From a bacterium (GTDB lineage Bacteria; Planctomycetota; UBA11346): DNA of 64,000 nucleotides. This document shows positions 1 through 8,831 of the stretch, one piece after another (the first letter of the stretch is position 1; every line of letters starts with the position of its first letter). A program made the translations under genes and the position numbers. Below the pieces are notes generated by a model. The model saw only the letters and a list, made by a program, of their open reading frames with translations. It searched no databases and was not told the origin of the DNA. The DNA is taken from assembly GCA_020047915.1 (NCBI GenBank), contig JAIFND010000020.1:467-64466 (forward strand), given 5' to 3'.

Positions 1-14
1 GGGGCGAAGCCCCC
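1..14 (-). terminator. Candidate terminator hairpin downstream of the kinase gene (cut by window edge)
   Basis: ggggcgaagcccc at 1-13 reads GGGGC-TTC-GCCCC on the minus strand, about 28 nt after the stop at 42-44. The same 13-mer follows the peroxiredoxin stop at 42991-43005. No U-tract. Confidence 0.3.
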
Positions 15-41
15 TGGGCAAAAGCATTCCAGCATTCGGCA

Positions 42-1637
42 TTACTTCCCAGCCATCTCCCACCAGCCCCGTGCCTGCAGATCGTCCCAGCCCTGGGCCA
101 GGCCGAGCTGGCGCAGGCGGTCGCGCAGGACCATCGCGCTGGATGGCCGGTCCTGGGGCCGCTTGGCGAGGCAGGACAGCACCAACGCCTCGAGCCGCGC
201 GTCGATCGGCCGACCGAGACGCTGGCTCGGGCTCTGCGGCGCGTCCATGCTGTGGGCGACGAGATCCTCGTTGCCGTCAGCCCCGGGGAACACGGTGGTG
301 CCAGTCAGCAGCCAATAGGCCACCGCACCGACGCCGTAGAGGTCGCTGGCCGGGGCGGCTGTCGCCTTGCCGAAGATCAGTTCGGGGGCGATGTAGCCCG
401 GGGTGCCGGCGAAGCCGGTGGCGCCATGCGCCGACCCCAGGACCGGGGCCGCGGCGTGCGCCGCGCCGACCAGGCCGAAGTCCAGCACCTTGACCACATC
501 CGGTTCCTCACCGAGGTGGCACAGCATGATGTTGCCTGGTTTGACATCGCGATGCACCAGGCCGGCGCGATGCGCCTCGCCGAGGCTCAGACACACCTGT
601 TCGAGGATCCGGCACACGCGCGCCTCCGGCAGGGGGCCGAAGCGGGTGATCAGCGTCTCGAGGTCGTAGCCGTCGAGCAGTTCCATGGCGTAGAACAGGT
701 CGCCATCCGGCGAGAGTCCGAAATCGTAGAGTTGGATCGTGTTCGGACTGCGCAGCATCGCGATCGCCTTGGCTTCGCGCTCGAAACGCCTGGCGAGATC
801 CTGGACCATGGCGGGATCGCTGCGCTGGTCCTCGCTCGGGCGCACGAACTTCAGCGCCGCCTGGCGCGGCAACAGCCGGTGATGGGCGAGCCACACCTCG
901 CCCATGCCGCCCTGCCCGAGCCGCTCGATCAGGCGATAGGCACCCAGTTCGCGCACCTCGCGCCGGCTGCGCGCGACGTCACCAGCCAGCCGTCCGAAGA
1001 CCCAGGCCGCGGCCCAGGCGACGCCGGCACAGAAGAAGCCTGGGGCGAACCAGCGGATCAGCGAGGCGGTGTCGCTGGGCTCGCGGCCCAGCCAGACGAA
1101 GACCTGGTACGAGATCGGCAGCATCGCGGCACACAGCAGGGCTGCGACCAGGGCCTGTCCGGGCAGGCAGGGGATGATCAGCGGGAACAGCACGATCCAG
1201 ATGCACAGGCCAGGTACGCCATCGTAGTCGGCCGCCGCCCGCGGCCCGATCGCGACCTCGGTCAGGGCCATGGCCAGGGCGGCGATGACGACATAGGCAA
1301 GACCGACGGTGATGATGGTGGTGGCCGCCGGCCTGGCGCGCTTTGCGAACATCCAGGTCGCCAGCGACACCAGCGAGAGGAAGGCGCACATCCCCGCCAT
1401 CACGGCCTGCTCCCACGGCGGCCGACCGAGGAGGGCCGGCAGGGTCAGCGCCAGCAGAGAACCGCTGGCGAAGGTGACCAGGCCGATCAGGGCGAGGGCG
1501 CGCAGCCGTGCATGGGCGGTGGTGGCGAGGACATCGAGGAGTTCGAGCCGCGTCTCGACCGCCGGCTGGGCCGACGGGTTCGCCAGCAGCACGGTCGGTG
1601 CCTGCGGGGGCTCAATCACAGCCTCTGGGTCAGCCAC
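42..1637 (-). CDS. Membrane-anchored Hanks-type Ser/Thr protein kinase (polytopic N-terminal region, C-terminal kinase domain)
   Basis: 531-aa ORF. Motifs: LGQGGMGEVW Gly-loop, AALKFV Lys, HRDVKPGNIM catalytic loop, DFG, GTPGYIAPE. About six hydrophobic segments in the first ~220 aa. Confidence 0.85.
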   Translation of the reverse strand: MADPEAVIEPPQAPTVLLANPSAQPAVETRLELLDVLATTAHARLRALALIGLVTFASGSLLALTLPALLGRPPWEQAVMAGMCAFLSLVSLATWMFAKRARPAATTIITVGLAYVVIAALAMALTEVAIGPRAAADYDGVPGLCIWIVLFPLIIPCLPGQALVAALLCAAMLPISYQVFVWLGREPSDTASLIRWFAPGFFCAGVAWAAAWVFGRLAGDVARSRREVRELGAYRLIERLGQGGMGEVWLAHHRLLPRQAALKFVRPSEDQRSDPAMVQDLARRFEREAKAIAMLRSPNTIQLYDFGLSPDGDLFYAMELLDGYDLETLITRFGPLPEARVCRILEQVCLSLGEAHRAGLVHRDVKPGNIMLCHLGEEPDVVKVLDFGLVGAAHAAAPVLGSAHGATGFAGTPGYIAPELIFGKATAAPASDLYGVGAVAYWLLTGTTVFPGADGNEDLVAHSMDAPQSPSQRLGRPIDARLEALVLSCLAKRPQDRPSSAMVLRDRLRQLGLAQGWDDLQARGWWEMAGK

Positions 1638-1957
1638 TCACGCAGATTACGAGCCCTGGGCAGCCGCGCGAGCAGGAAGGCGCAGGTGGCGATGTTGCCC
1701 AGCACCATCAACGCGGGGATCCACAGCAGCAGCCGCCACCGTCGGCCTTCCACCAGCCCCATCCACACCACGACACCGGCCAACCCGACCGCGAGGTCGG
1801 CAAGGGTGGCCAGACCCCACGGATCGGCGGCCATCTGCCGCAGGGCGGAGGTGATCGGTCCGAGCGAGGCAGCGCGGACGCACAGGGCGATCAGCCCCCC
1901 GAGCACGGCGAGGGTCGCCAGGGCGGCGCACCAGCGGAAGCGCGTGGTCGAGTCCAT
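1616..1957 (-). CDS. Small polytopic membrane protein (DUF1475-like)
   Basis: Start taken at MDSTTRFRW inside ORF 1616..2029. Four hydrophobic helices. The DPWGLATLADL...LGNIATCAFLL pattern is recalled from DUF1475 (unverified). 22-nt overlap with the downstream kinase start. Confidence 0.55.
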   Translation of the reverse strand: MDSTTRFRWCAALATLAVLGGLIALCVRAASLGPITSALRQMAADPWGLATLADLAVGLAGVVVWMGLVEGRRWRLLLWIPALMVLGNIATCAFLLARLPRARNLREWLTQRL

Positions 1958-1994
1958 GGAAGCATGAGAGCCGCCAGGGTCGAGGGCTGCAAGG

Positions 1995-2393
1995 TCAGCC
2001 CGTCGGACCCTCGTCAGGCAGCGGGGCATCCTCGGCCCACGGCACGAACTGGATCTCGGTGCGCTCCTGGTCCTTGGGCACGATCGACTGGTAGTAGTCG
2101 CAGTGGAACCAGCGTGGGCTGTCGTCCTTGAGGTAGCCGAGGCGGATCAGGCAGTCCGGGATCGGCTTGGCGCCGCCGACCAGGTTGGCGTAATCGACCA
2201 GGCGTGTGCGCAAGCTGCGCAGGATCATGCGGACGGGCTGATCGGGCGGGGTGCGTGGCGGCAACTGGGCGCGCAGCAGGATGAACCAGGTGTCACGCTC
2301 GGTGGTGTAGGCCCGCCAATGCCGGTACATGGAGGCGTTCTGGCTGGGCACCCGGCGTCGGATGACGACCAGCCGGCCGATCAGATCACCCAT
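1995..2393 (-). CDS. Hypothetical protein with weak RusA-like pattern
   Basis: Only the last 132 aa (from MGDLIGRLVV) of ORF 1995..3011 look protein-like; the upstream part is Arg/Pro/Ser/Cys junk. SQNASMYRHWR...W, then VDYANL and LKDD, resembles the SxN..HWR / DxDN / DD layout of RusA-family proteins (from memory, unverified). Confidence 0.5.
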   Translation of the reverse strand: MGDLIGRLVVIRRRVPSQNASMYRHWRAYTTERDTWFILLRAQLPPRTPPDQPVRMILRSLRTRLVDYANLVGGAKPIPDCLIRLGYLKDDSPRWFHCDYYQSIVPKDQERTEIQFVPWAEDAPLPDEGPTG

Positions 2394-3102
2394 GGCAGGC
2401 GTCCTTGCGCGGCGCCACGAAGCGCGGCTGGGTCCAGCAGGAACGCCCACCGGCGTGCAGCACGGCACGGACCACGCCCTCGTTGCCGCGATCATCGTAG
2501 CGTCCGACCGGGCCATCCGCCTCTGCCAGGGTGAAGCCGCGCTTGCCGAGCACTTCGGCATGTACTGTTTCGGCGCAGGTCCAGGCGAGATGCTTCGGAC
2601 TTTCCTCCAGGCTGAGCGGTTCGAGGCCATCGTGGGCGTAGAACACCCCGAACGAGAGGGCGGACAGCAGGTTCGCCGGGCGCGGGCGCAGCACCTCGAC
2701 GGCGAGGCGGTCGCGGACGCCGTAGCACGGCTGGCCGAGGGCGAGCAGGGCGTCCCAGCAGGCTGTGTCCGCCTCGCTGGCGATGGCGAACAGACGCACG
2801 CCTTCCGCCAGCGCGATGCGCTCGACGCCCAGGGCTTCGGCGGGATTGGCGAGCAACAGCAGCGCTCCTTGGCCGGCGCAGGCGCGTACGCAGCGGGCGA
2901 TCGCTCCCGGGACCGGCTCGGTCGGTTCGGCCGCCGGCAGCGCGAGCGGTTCAGGAGCCAGCACGCGCAGGTCGAGCCGGGTGCCTTGGCAGGTCCACAC
3001 GAGCCGGGCATGCCACAGGTGGAGCCCCTCCGGTCCGCCCGTGATCGGGCAGACTTCGCCGAGGGCGGCGAGCGGGCTGAGTTCCAGGCGCATGGCCGGC
3101 AT
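2386..3102 (-). CDS. Hypothetical protein (~238 aa)
   Basis: Start taken at MPAMRLELSPL inside ORF 2386..3264, 24 nt after the upstream kinase stop. Balanced composition. Overlaps the next gene start by 8 nt. No motif recognised. Confidence 0.55.
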   Translation of the reverse strand: MPAMRLELSPLAALGEVCPITGGPEGLHLWHARLVWTCQGTRLDLRVLAPEPLALPAAEPTEPVPGAIARCVRACAGQGALLLLANPAEALGVERIALAEGVRLFAIASEADTACWDALLALGQPCYGVRDRLAVEVLRPRPANLLSALSFGVFYAHDGLEPLSLEESPKHLAWTCAETVHAEVLGKRGFTLAEADGPVGRYDDRGNEGVVRAVLHAGGRSCWTQPRFVAPRKDACHG

Positions 3103-3125
3103 GCTGCCGGCTGCCTGGCGGTGCG

Positions 3126-4229
3126 CTACTGCGCCGGTGCTGCGCCCTGGGTTGGCGCTGGTGTCGGAGGTGTAGGCATCCGGCTGACCGCCGTCGGGGC
3201 GGACGCGCCATAGTAGATCAGACCCGCCACCGCCACGGCCACCAGGCCAAGCAGGATCAGCCATACCAGTCGTCGTTCGGTCTTGGTGGTATGGACGATG
3301 GTACGGCCATCGACCTCGCTCGACGACGAGGCGAGGAACTTCGCCAGATTGGCCAGATCGCTGGAACTGCCGGCGGTGGATTTTCCGATCCGGGTGGTGT
3401 CGCCACCCTGCAGTAGCGTGCGCATGTCGCCTGCCGCCTCGCCGGCACTCTGATGGCGTGCGTGGCGATCAACCGCCATCAAGCGCCGGATCAGGGAGAC
3501 GGTGCGTGGAGCGCAGCGGGTCGGTAGGGTGAAATCGGCCGAACCCGAAAGATGACCGCGCATCACGTCCTGCAGCGAGCCGTCATAAGGCAGCCTGCCG
3601 AAGGCCAGGTAATAGCCGATGACCCCGAGGCTGTAGAGATCAGACACAGCATCCGCCGTGTGGCCTTCCTGGAAGCACTCAGGCGCCATGTAGGCAGGCG
3701 AACCGACGGCGACCCTCTCCTGGGTGAGGGAGACGCCACCTTCGATACGCGCCAGGCCTAGATCGGCGATCTTCAGGATGCCCTTCGCGGACAGCAGCAG
3801 ATTGGCCGGTTTCAGGTCGCGGTGGATGATCCCTTGGGCATGGGCGCTGGCCAGGGCCTGAGCGACCGACAACAGGATGCGCAGAACGGTGTGGTCGGTG
3901 AAGGGTTCCTTGCGTTTGCGCAGGTGCCGGTCGAGCGAGGAACCGTCCACATACTCCATCACCATGTAGGGCATGCCCTCCTCGTCCCCGAAGTCGAGGA
4001 CGCGGACGATACCCGGATGATCAAGGGTGGCAGCGAGGCGGGCTTCGCGCTTGAACCGCTCGCGGTAGCGCCCGTCATGGCGCAGCTTGTCTTCGCGCAG
4101 CACCTTGACCGCCACGGGGATGTCGAGCGAACGGTGGCGGGCAAGCCAGACCGTGCCGACCATGCCTTCGCCAAGGAATCGTTCGAGGACGGCAGGCCCG
4201 ATCACCCGTCCAGAGGCCAATCCGCTCAT
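3126..4229 (-). CDS. Hanks-type Ser/Thr protein kinase with C-terminal transmembrane anchor
   Basis: Motifs: LGEGMVGTVW, VAVKVL, HRDLKPANLL, DLGLA, SPAYMAPE. C-terminal helix LVWLILLGLVAVAVAGLIYY. ATGA overlap with the amt stop. Confidence 0.88.
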   Translation of the reverse strand: MSGLASGRVIGPAVLERFLGEGMVGTVWLARHRSLDIPVAVKVLREDKLRHDGRYRERFKREARLAATLDHPGIVRVLDFGDEEGMPYMVMEYVDGSSLDRHLRKRKEPFTDHTVLRILLSVAQALASAHAQGIIHRDLKPANLLLSAKGILKIADLGLARIEGGVSLTQERVAVGSPAYMAPECFQEGHTADAVSDLYSLGVIGYYLAFGRLPYDGSLQDVMRGHLSGSADFTLPTRCAPRTVSLIRRLMAVDRHARHQSAGEAAGDMRTLLQGGDTTRIGKSTAGSSSDLANLAKFLASSSSEVDGRTIVHTTKTERRLVWLILLGLVAVAVAGLIYYGASAPTAVSRMPTPPTPAPTQGAAPAQ

Positions 4230-5965
4230 GCCCGCCCCCGCATCGCCCCAGCCAGGTCTTCGAGTCGCCCGGCCCCTGCCGCGACCCGTTCGAAGCTGCG
4301 GTCGATGCGCGGTAGGGTGGCGATGGCGGAGTCGAGTCGTCGTTCCAACATGCGTACGAGGTCGAGCAGCACGGCTGCGGTCGGATCCTCGAGCCGTCGT
4401 CGCTCAAGCAGCTTGCCGACATCGGCGATGGCTTCGCGTGCCTCGGCGACCTCTTCGCCGCTTTGTCGTGCCGCAGAACCCCCGGCATGCTGTTCTTCGG
4501 CGATGAGGGAGCGGACTTCGGTCAGGGTTTCGGCCCAGTTGCGCGCTTCGCGCCGCTGTTCCGCCTGTTTGCGGACCAGACCCTGGATGGCGCGGGCGAG
4601 CGGGGCCAGTTCCCCGTCCCGGACATGATCGAGGACCTGGGGGTCACGGCGCCCGGCAGCGGAATCGATCACGGCTGCAGTCAGCTGCGCGATCGGTTCC
4701 TCGACCTTGTGTTCCGAGTAGTTCATGCCCACCGCTTCCTCATCCGGTCCGATGCGCAACGAGGTGCCACGACCGACGATCTTCCACAGCACCCAGCCGG
4801 AGCCGAAGCCCCAGGCGAGGCAGGCGATGGCGCCGATGCACTGTACGGTGGTGAAGTGAGCCCGGCTCATCTGCTTGGTCTCGGCCAGCCAGGTCGCATC
4901 GGCGAAGAGGCCGGTGCAGAGGATGCCAACCAGGCCGGCGAAACCGTGCACCGGGATTGCGCCGACCGCATCATCGAGTCGCCAGCGCTCCAGCAGACGG
5001 GTACCGATCACGACGGCTGCTCCACCCAGCAGTCCGATCACGCAGGAGGCTGGGATGGAGACGACGTTGGCACAGGCGGTGATGGCGACCAGGCCACCCA
5101 GCACGCCATTGAGAATCAGGTCGGCCGAGGGCACGCCACGCAGCGCCCACACCAGCATCATGACCCCCATCGCGCCGAAGGCCCCGGCATTGAGGGTGTT
5201 CACGATGATCGTGGCGGTCTGTGCGCCGAGCGGTGCTGAGCCTCCATTGAAGCCGATCCAACCGAAGGCGAGGAACATGATGCCGAGGGCGACCAGCGGC
5301 ATCGATGAGGCAGGGATGTCGCGGATCTTGCCATCGGGACCAAAGCGACCCGCACGCGCCCCCAGCACGATCACCCCGGCCAGGGTGATGCCCGCACCAA
5401 GCAGATGCACCACGCTCGAGCCGGCGAAGTCATGAAAACCGAGATCCATCAACCAGCCCCCGCCCCAGGCCCAGTGGCCGTAGATCGGATAGATCAGCAG
5501 GCCGATGCCGATCGACACCAGGACATAGGCCATGAAACGGCAGCGCTCGGCCACGCCGCCGGAGACGATGGTCGCTGCGGTGTTGCAGAAGGTCGCCTGG
5601 AACAGGAAGAAGGCGAAGGGGAACAGGGTGAACACATCGGTGCCGGCCGTGTTGACCAGGGACAGGTCCGAGAGGAAGGGCACCGGCATGCCGATCAAAC
5701 CGATCGGATCGAGACTGGGCGAGAACATCAGGGAATAGCCAAGGATCAGGAAGGCGGCGAACGAGGTGCAGAAATCGACCACGTTCTTCAACGCCACATT
5801 GATCGAATTCTTGTAGCGGACCATGCCGCTTTCGACGGCGCAGAAGCCGGCCTGCATGAAGAAGACAAGTCCTGAGCACACCAGCAGCCAGGCGAGGGCT
5901 GGGAGGTGGGCGGCGATGGTTGCATCCATGGACATCAGTTGATCGGAATCACGGAGCAACGGCAA
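4226..5965 (-). CDS. amt: Ammonium transporter (Amt/MEP family) with ~170-aa helical C-terminal extension
   Basis: Multiple hydrophobic helices. Amt-like signatures DFAGSSVVHLLGAGITLAG and GAIPVHGFAGLVG. The tail from about aa 410 is Ala/Arg/Glu-rich. The true start may be the MSMDATI Met ~30 nt downstream. Confidence 0.88.
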   Translation of the reverse strand: MPLLRDSDQLMSMDATIAAHLPALAWLLVCSGLVFFMQAGFCAVESGMVRYKNSINVALKNVVDFCTSFAAFLILGYSLMFSPSLDPIGLIGMPVPFLSDLSLVNTAGTDVFTLFPFAFFLFQATFCNTAATIVSGGVAERCRFMAYVLVSIGIGLLIYPIYGHWAWGGGWLMDLGFHDFAGSSVVHLLGAGITLAGVIVLGARAGRFGPDGKIRDIPASSMPLVALGIMFLAFGWIGFNGGSAPLGAQTATIIVNTLNAGAFGAMGVMMLVWALRGVPSADLILNGVLGGLVAITACANVVSIPASCVIGLLGGAAVVIGTRLLERWRLDDAVGAIPVHGFAGLVGILCTGLFADATWLAETKQMSRAHFTTVQCIGAIACLAWGFGSGWVLWKIVGRGTSLRIGPDEEAVGMNYSEHKVEEPIAQLTAAVIDSAAGRRDPQVLDHVRDGELAPLARAIQGLVRKQAEQRREARNWAETLTEVRSLIAEEQHAGGSAARQSGEEVAEAREAIADVGKLLERRRLEDPTAAVLLDLVRMLERRLDSAIATLPRIDRSFERVAAGAGRLEDLAGAMRGRA

Positions 5966-6015
5966 CCGGCGCCGAGTGTCGCATCGTGCAGCATGTCGGC
6001 TGCCGTGGGGATGCG

Positions 6016-8718
6016 TCAGCGCGTCCGACGGATCAGCGATTCCGCCGCCGTGGTGCGTGAATCAGGGACCAGCACGCAGGCGCCGCTGATGCGCTGGCGC
6101 CAATGCGCGAGGAAACGCGCGGCGCCGTGCACGTCGCTGGCCGGATCGGCGGCCAGGCGCTGCTTCAAAGCCTCGGGCACCGCCAAGCCGGGTTGCTCGT
6201 TGTCGAGTTCTTCTGCGGTGGCGAGATCGGGCAGCAGCAGCAGGTCGGTGAACAGCGGCAGAGCGGCGTCGTAGGTCTCGAGGAAGGCGCGGAAGCGCGC
6301 CGGCTCATAGACCGGTTGCAGGCAGATGAACGCGGCCCCGGCCGCGGCATACGCGGCGAGACGCTGGTCGTCGGCGCGCACCCGCACGCCGACCTGGAAG
6401 GCGGTGGGGTTGGCGATGCGGCCACCAGCCAGGTCGCGCCCGGCGTTGAGCCGGCGCGCCAGATCAAGCAGGGCGACGGTATCGCATCCGCCGCTGTGCT
6501 CGGCGGCGCTGCTGCTCGCGAACACCCCGGCGTCGATCATCACCAGATGGATGCCGAGCAGGTGCGCCGACAGCAGCAGCTCCTGCGTCTGCGGCAGGGT
6601 CTGGTCGCCGGCGATCACCTCGAGCAGGCCGGGCCGCCCGGCCGCGTCGGCGGCATGGCGCAGCTTGGCGGCCAGGCGGGTGCCGCGCGTCGCTCCGGGC
6701 CAGCCGGCGAGGTAGGCGACGGCGTCGGCGCCCGCCGCTGCCAGGCGAGAGAGGGCAGCGGCGCCTTCCTCGGGTGCCAGGCGGGCCGGTATCTCGGCGA
6801 TGATCGGGCAGCGTCCGGCCTTGGCTGCGACGAGCAGCGGGTGGACGGGAGGTGTGGACAACGTGGCGGCCGGGGGCGGCGGCTCGCTCGTCGGCACGAC
6901 CGGCTTGGCTTCGCCGAGCGCCGCGACCAGGGCCTGGATGTGGGTCGGACCAACGCCACAGCAGCCGCCGATCAAGCGGGCGCCAGCGGCGATGTAGTCC
7001 CGCGACTGCTCGACCAGATAGGCGGGTTTCAGATGGTACACGGCCCGGCCATCGACGCGCACCGGGAAGCCGGCATTCGGCCGCACCAGCACCGGCAGAC
7101 GGGTGAGCCTGGCCAGGCGGGCGGCGGGGGCGGCGAGGGCGCGCGGACCGGCGGCGCAGTTGAGCCCGATGGCGGTGGCGCCGCCGGACTCGCAGGCGCG
7201 GGCGAATTCGGCGAGTTCGCTCGCGTCATCGCGGTCGAAGGCGCGTGAGACCAGCACCGGCAGCCGGCAGGTGGCGCGGATCGCGCCCAGGGCGCAGGCC
7301 GCCTCCACCGTGCTGGGCATGGTCTCCAGGGCGATGCCATCGGCCCCGGCATCAGCCGCCGCCTGCGCGATCTCGGCGAAGGCGTCGGCTGCGGCCTGCA
7401 GCGCCAGGTCGGCGCCGACCGTGGGTCCGAGCGGCCCGACCGAGGCCAGCACGGGCAAACCGCCCGCCGCCTGGCGGGCCAGACGCACGCCGGTCGTCAT
7501 CAGCCGGCAGGCCAGTTCGCGATCGCCATGCAGGCGATGCCGGTTGGCCAGGAAGGTGTTGGCGGTCAACGCCCGGGCGCCGGCCTCGCGGTAGGCGCGA
7601 TGCACCGCCAGCACGATGTCGGGATGGTCGAGATTGGCCTGCGCGGTGGCGCCGGGGGCGACTCCACGGGCGATCAGTTCGGATCCCATCGCCCCGTCGA
7701 GGATGACGACGCCGCGCGCCAGGAGGCGCTCGATCGGGCCCTGGGCCGGGGCTTCGCCGCCGGTGCGTCCGATGAGCAGGGCGATGCGTTCGGCGATGGC
7801 CGGAGGCAGGTCGATGCCAAGCAACCGGGCGACTGCGGCGCTATCGACCGCCGGCCGGGTGGCGGCGAGGCGTTCGGCGGCGGTGACGGTGCTTTCCAGC
7901 AGGATGGTCGTGGTCAGAGCCCCGACCCCGCCCGGCACCGGGGTGATCGCGCCGGCATGCGCGGCGGCGGCCGGATCGACATCGCCGACCACGATGGCCT
8001 TGCCATCCGGACCGGGCATGCGGTTGATCCCGATATCGACCACGGCGGCACCAGCTTTGACCCAGTCCGGCTTGACCAGGCCGGCCTTGCCGACCGCGAC
8101 GCACAGCAGATCGGCGCGCCGGCAGTGGGTCGGCGTGTCGCGCGTGGTGATCTGGCACAGCGTGACTGTCGCCCCGGCGTTGGTCAGCAGTTGGGCGAGG
8201 GGCTTGCCGACAATGGTGCTGGCGCCGACCACCGTGGTCTCGACGCCTTTGAGATCGGGAAAAGCCTCCTGGGCGAGGGCGAAGGCTGCCAGGGCGGTGC
8301 AAGGGGCCAGCGCGGGCCGGCCAGCCATGACCAGGCCGAGATTGGCCGGGCCGACGCCCTCGACATCCTTGTCCGGACTGATCAGGGCCTGGACCGCGGC
8401 CTGGTCGAAGCCTGCGGGCAGTGGGCTCTGGACGATGATGCCGTGCACCGTGGCGTCGAGGTTGAGTGCTTCGACCGCCTCAATGAGCGCCGCCTGATCG
8501 GCATCCGATGACAGCGGGATGACGCGGTGCCGGATCCCGACTGCGGCACAGGCCGTAGCCTGACCTTTCAGATACGTGGTCCACCCGCCATCGCTCCGCA
8601 CCGTCACCGCCGCGAGACAGGGCTGCACGCCCTGGGCAGTCAACGTGCGCACCCGCTCACCGAGGATCGAGCGGCGTCGTTCAGCCAAGGCTTTGCCATC
8701 GAGGATGCGGGCGCTCAT
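6016..8718 (-). CDS. Triple fusion: FolD (methylene-THF dehydrogenase/cyclohydrolase) + homocysteine S-methyltransferase domain + MTHFR-like domain
   Basis: 900 aa. N-terminus MSARILDGKALA...PVPGGVGALTTTIL (FolD). Middle VILDGAMGSELIARG...GLNCA...GGCCGVGP (Hcy-binding domain). The C-terminal ~260 aa resemble the MTHFR half of YitJ-type proteins. Confidence 0.85.
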   Translation of the reverse strand: MSARILDGKALAERRRSILGERVRTLTAQGVQPCLAAVTVRSDGGWTTYLKGQATACAAVGIRHRVIPLSSDADQAALIEAVEALNLDATVHGIIVQSPLPAGFDQAAVQALISPDKDVEGVGPANLGLVMAGRPALAPCTALAAFALAQEAFPDLKGVETTVVGASTIVGKPLAQLLTNAGATVTLCQITTRDTPTHCRRADLLCVAVGKAGLVKPDWVKAGAAVVDIGINRMPGPDGKAIVVGDVDPAAAAHAGAITPVPGGVGALTTTILLESTVTAAERLAATRPAVDSAAVARLLGIDLPPAIAERIALLIGRTGGEAPAQGPIERLLARGVVILDGAMGSELIARGVAPGATAQANLDHPDIVLAVHRAYREAGARALTANTFLANRHRLHGDRELACRLMTTGVRLARQAAGGLPVLASVGPLGPTVGADLALQAAADAFAEIAQAAADAGADGIALETMPSTVEAACALGAIRATCRLPVLVSRAFDRDDASELAEFARACESGGATAIGLNCAAGPRALAAPAARLARLTRLPVLVRPNAGFPVRVDGRAVYHLKPAYLVEQSRDYIAAGARLIGGCCGVGPTHIQALVAALGEAKPVVPTSEPPPPAATLSTPPVHPLLVAAKAGRCPIIAEIPARLAPEEGAAALSRLAAAGADAVAYLAGWPGATRGTRLAAKLRHAADAAGRPGLLEVIAGDQTLPQTQELLLSAHLLGIHLVMIDAGVFASSSAAEHSGGCDTVALLDLARRLNAGRDLAGGRIANPTAFQVGVRVRADDQRLAAYAAAGAAFICLQPVYEPARFRAFLETYDAALPLFTDLLLLPDLATAEELDNEQPGLAVPEALKQRLAADPASDVHGAARFLAHWRQRISGACVLVPDSRTTAAESLIRRTR

Positions 8719-8831
8719 GGGACGGGGAGGCTACGCAGCCTCCGGCGCTGGGGAACCCCTCGGTTCTGGCATGATGCGCGATTGCCCCGTCACATGAGTC
8801 CGCACATCGCATTCTGTATGGCATACCCGAC

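Noticed and set aside
252-1967. 571-aa plus-strand ORF covering the kinase locus.
   Set aside because: It lies antisense to a motif-rich Hanks kinase. The translation is Arg/Gly/Ala/Pro-rich with no motifs. It is a typical stop-codon-poor shadow ORF of a GC-rich genome.
2337-2394. Apparent 1-nt disagreement between my reading of the printed sequence and the ORF-track frame. The same occurs at about 62160-62221.
   Set aside because: It is most likely a reading or formatting slip at line boundaries rather than biology. The track translations are self-consistent, so the track frame was used and no frameshift is claimed here.
8719-8831. ZTP, THF or SAM-type riboswitch upstream of the FolD/Hcy-methyltransferase/MTHFR fusion (hairpins ggaggct-acgc-agcctcc and gaacc-gagg-ggttc on the mRNA strand).
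   Set aside because: None of the conserved cores I remember (for example CCGCCUGGGC of ZTP) are present. Two short hairpins alone are insufficient. A cmscan would be needed.
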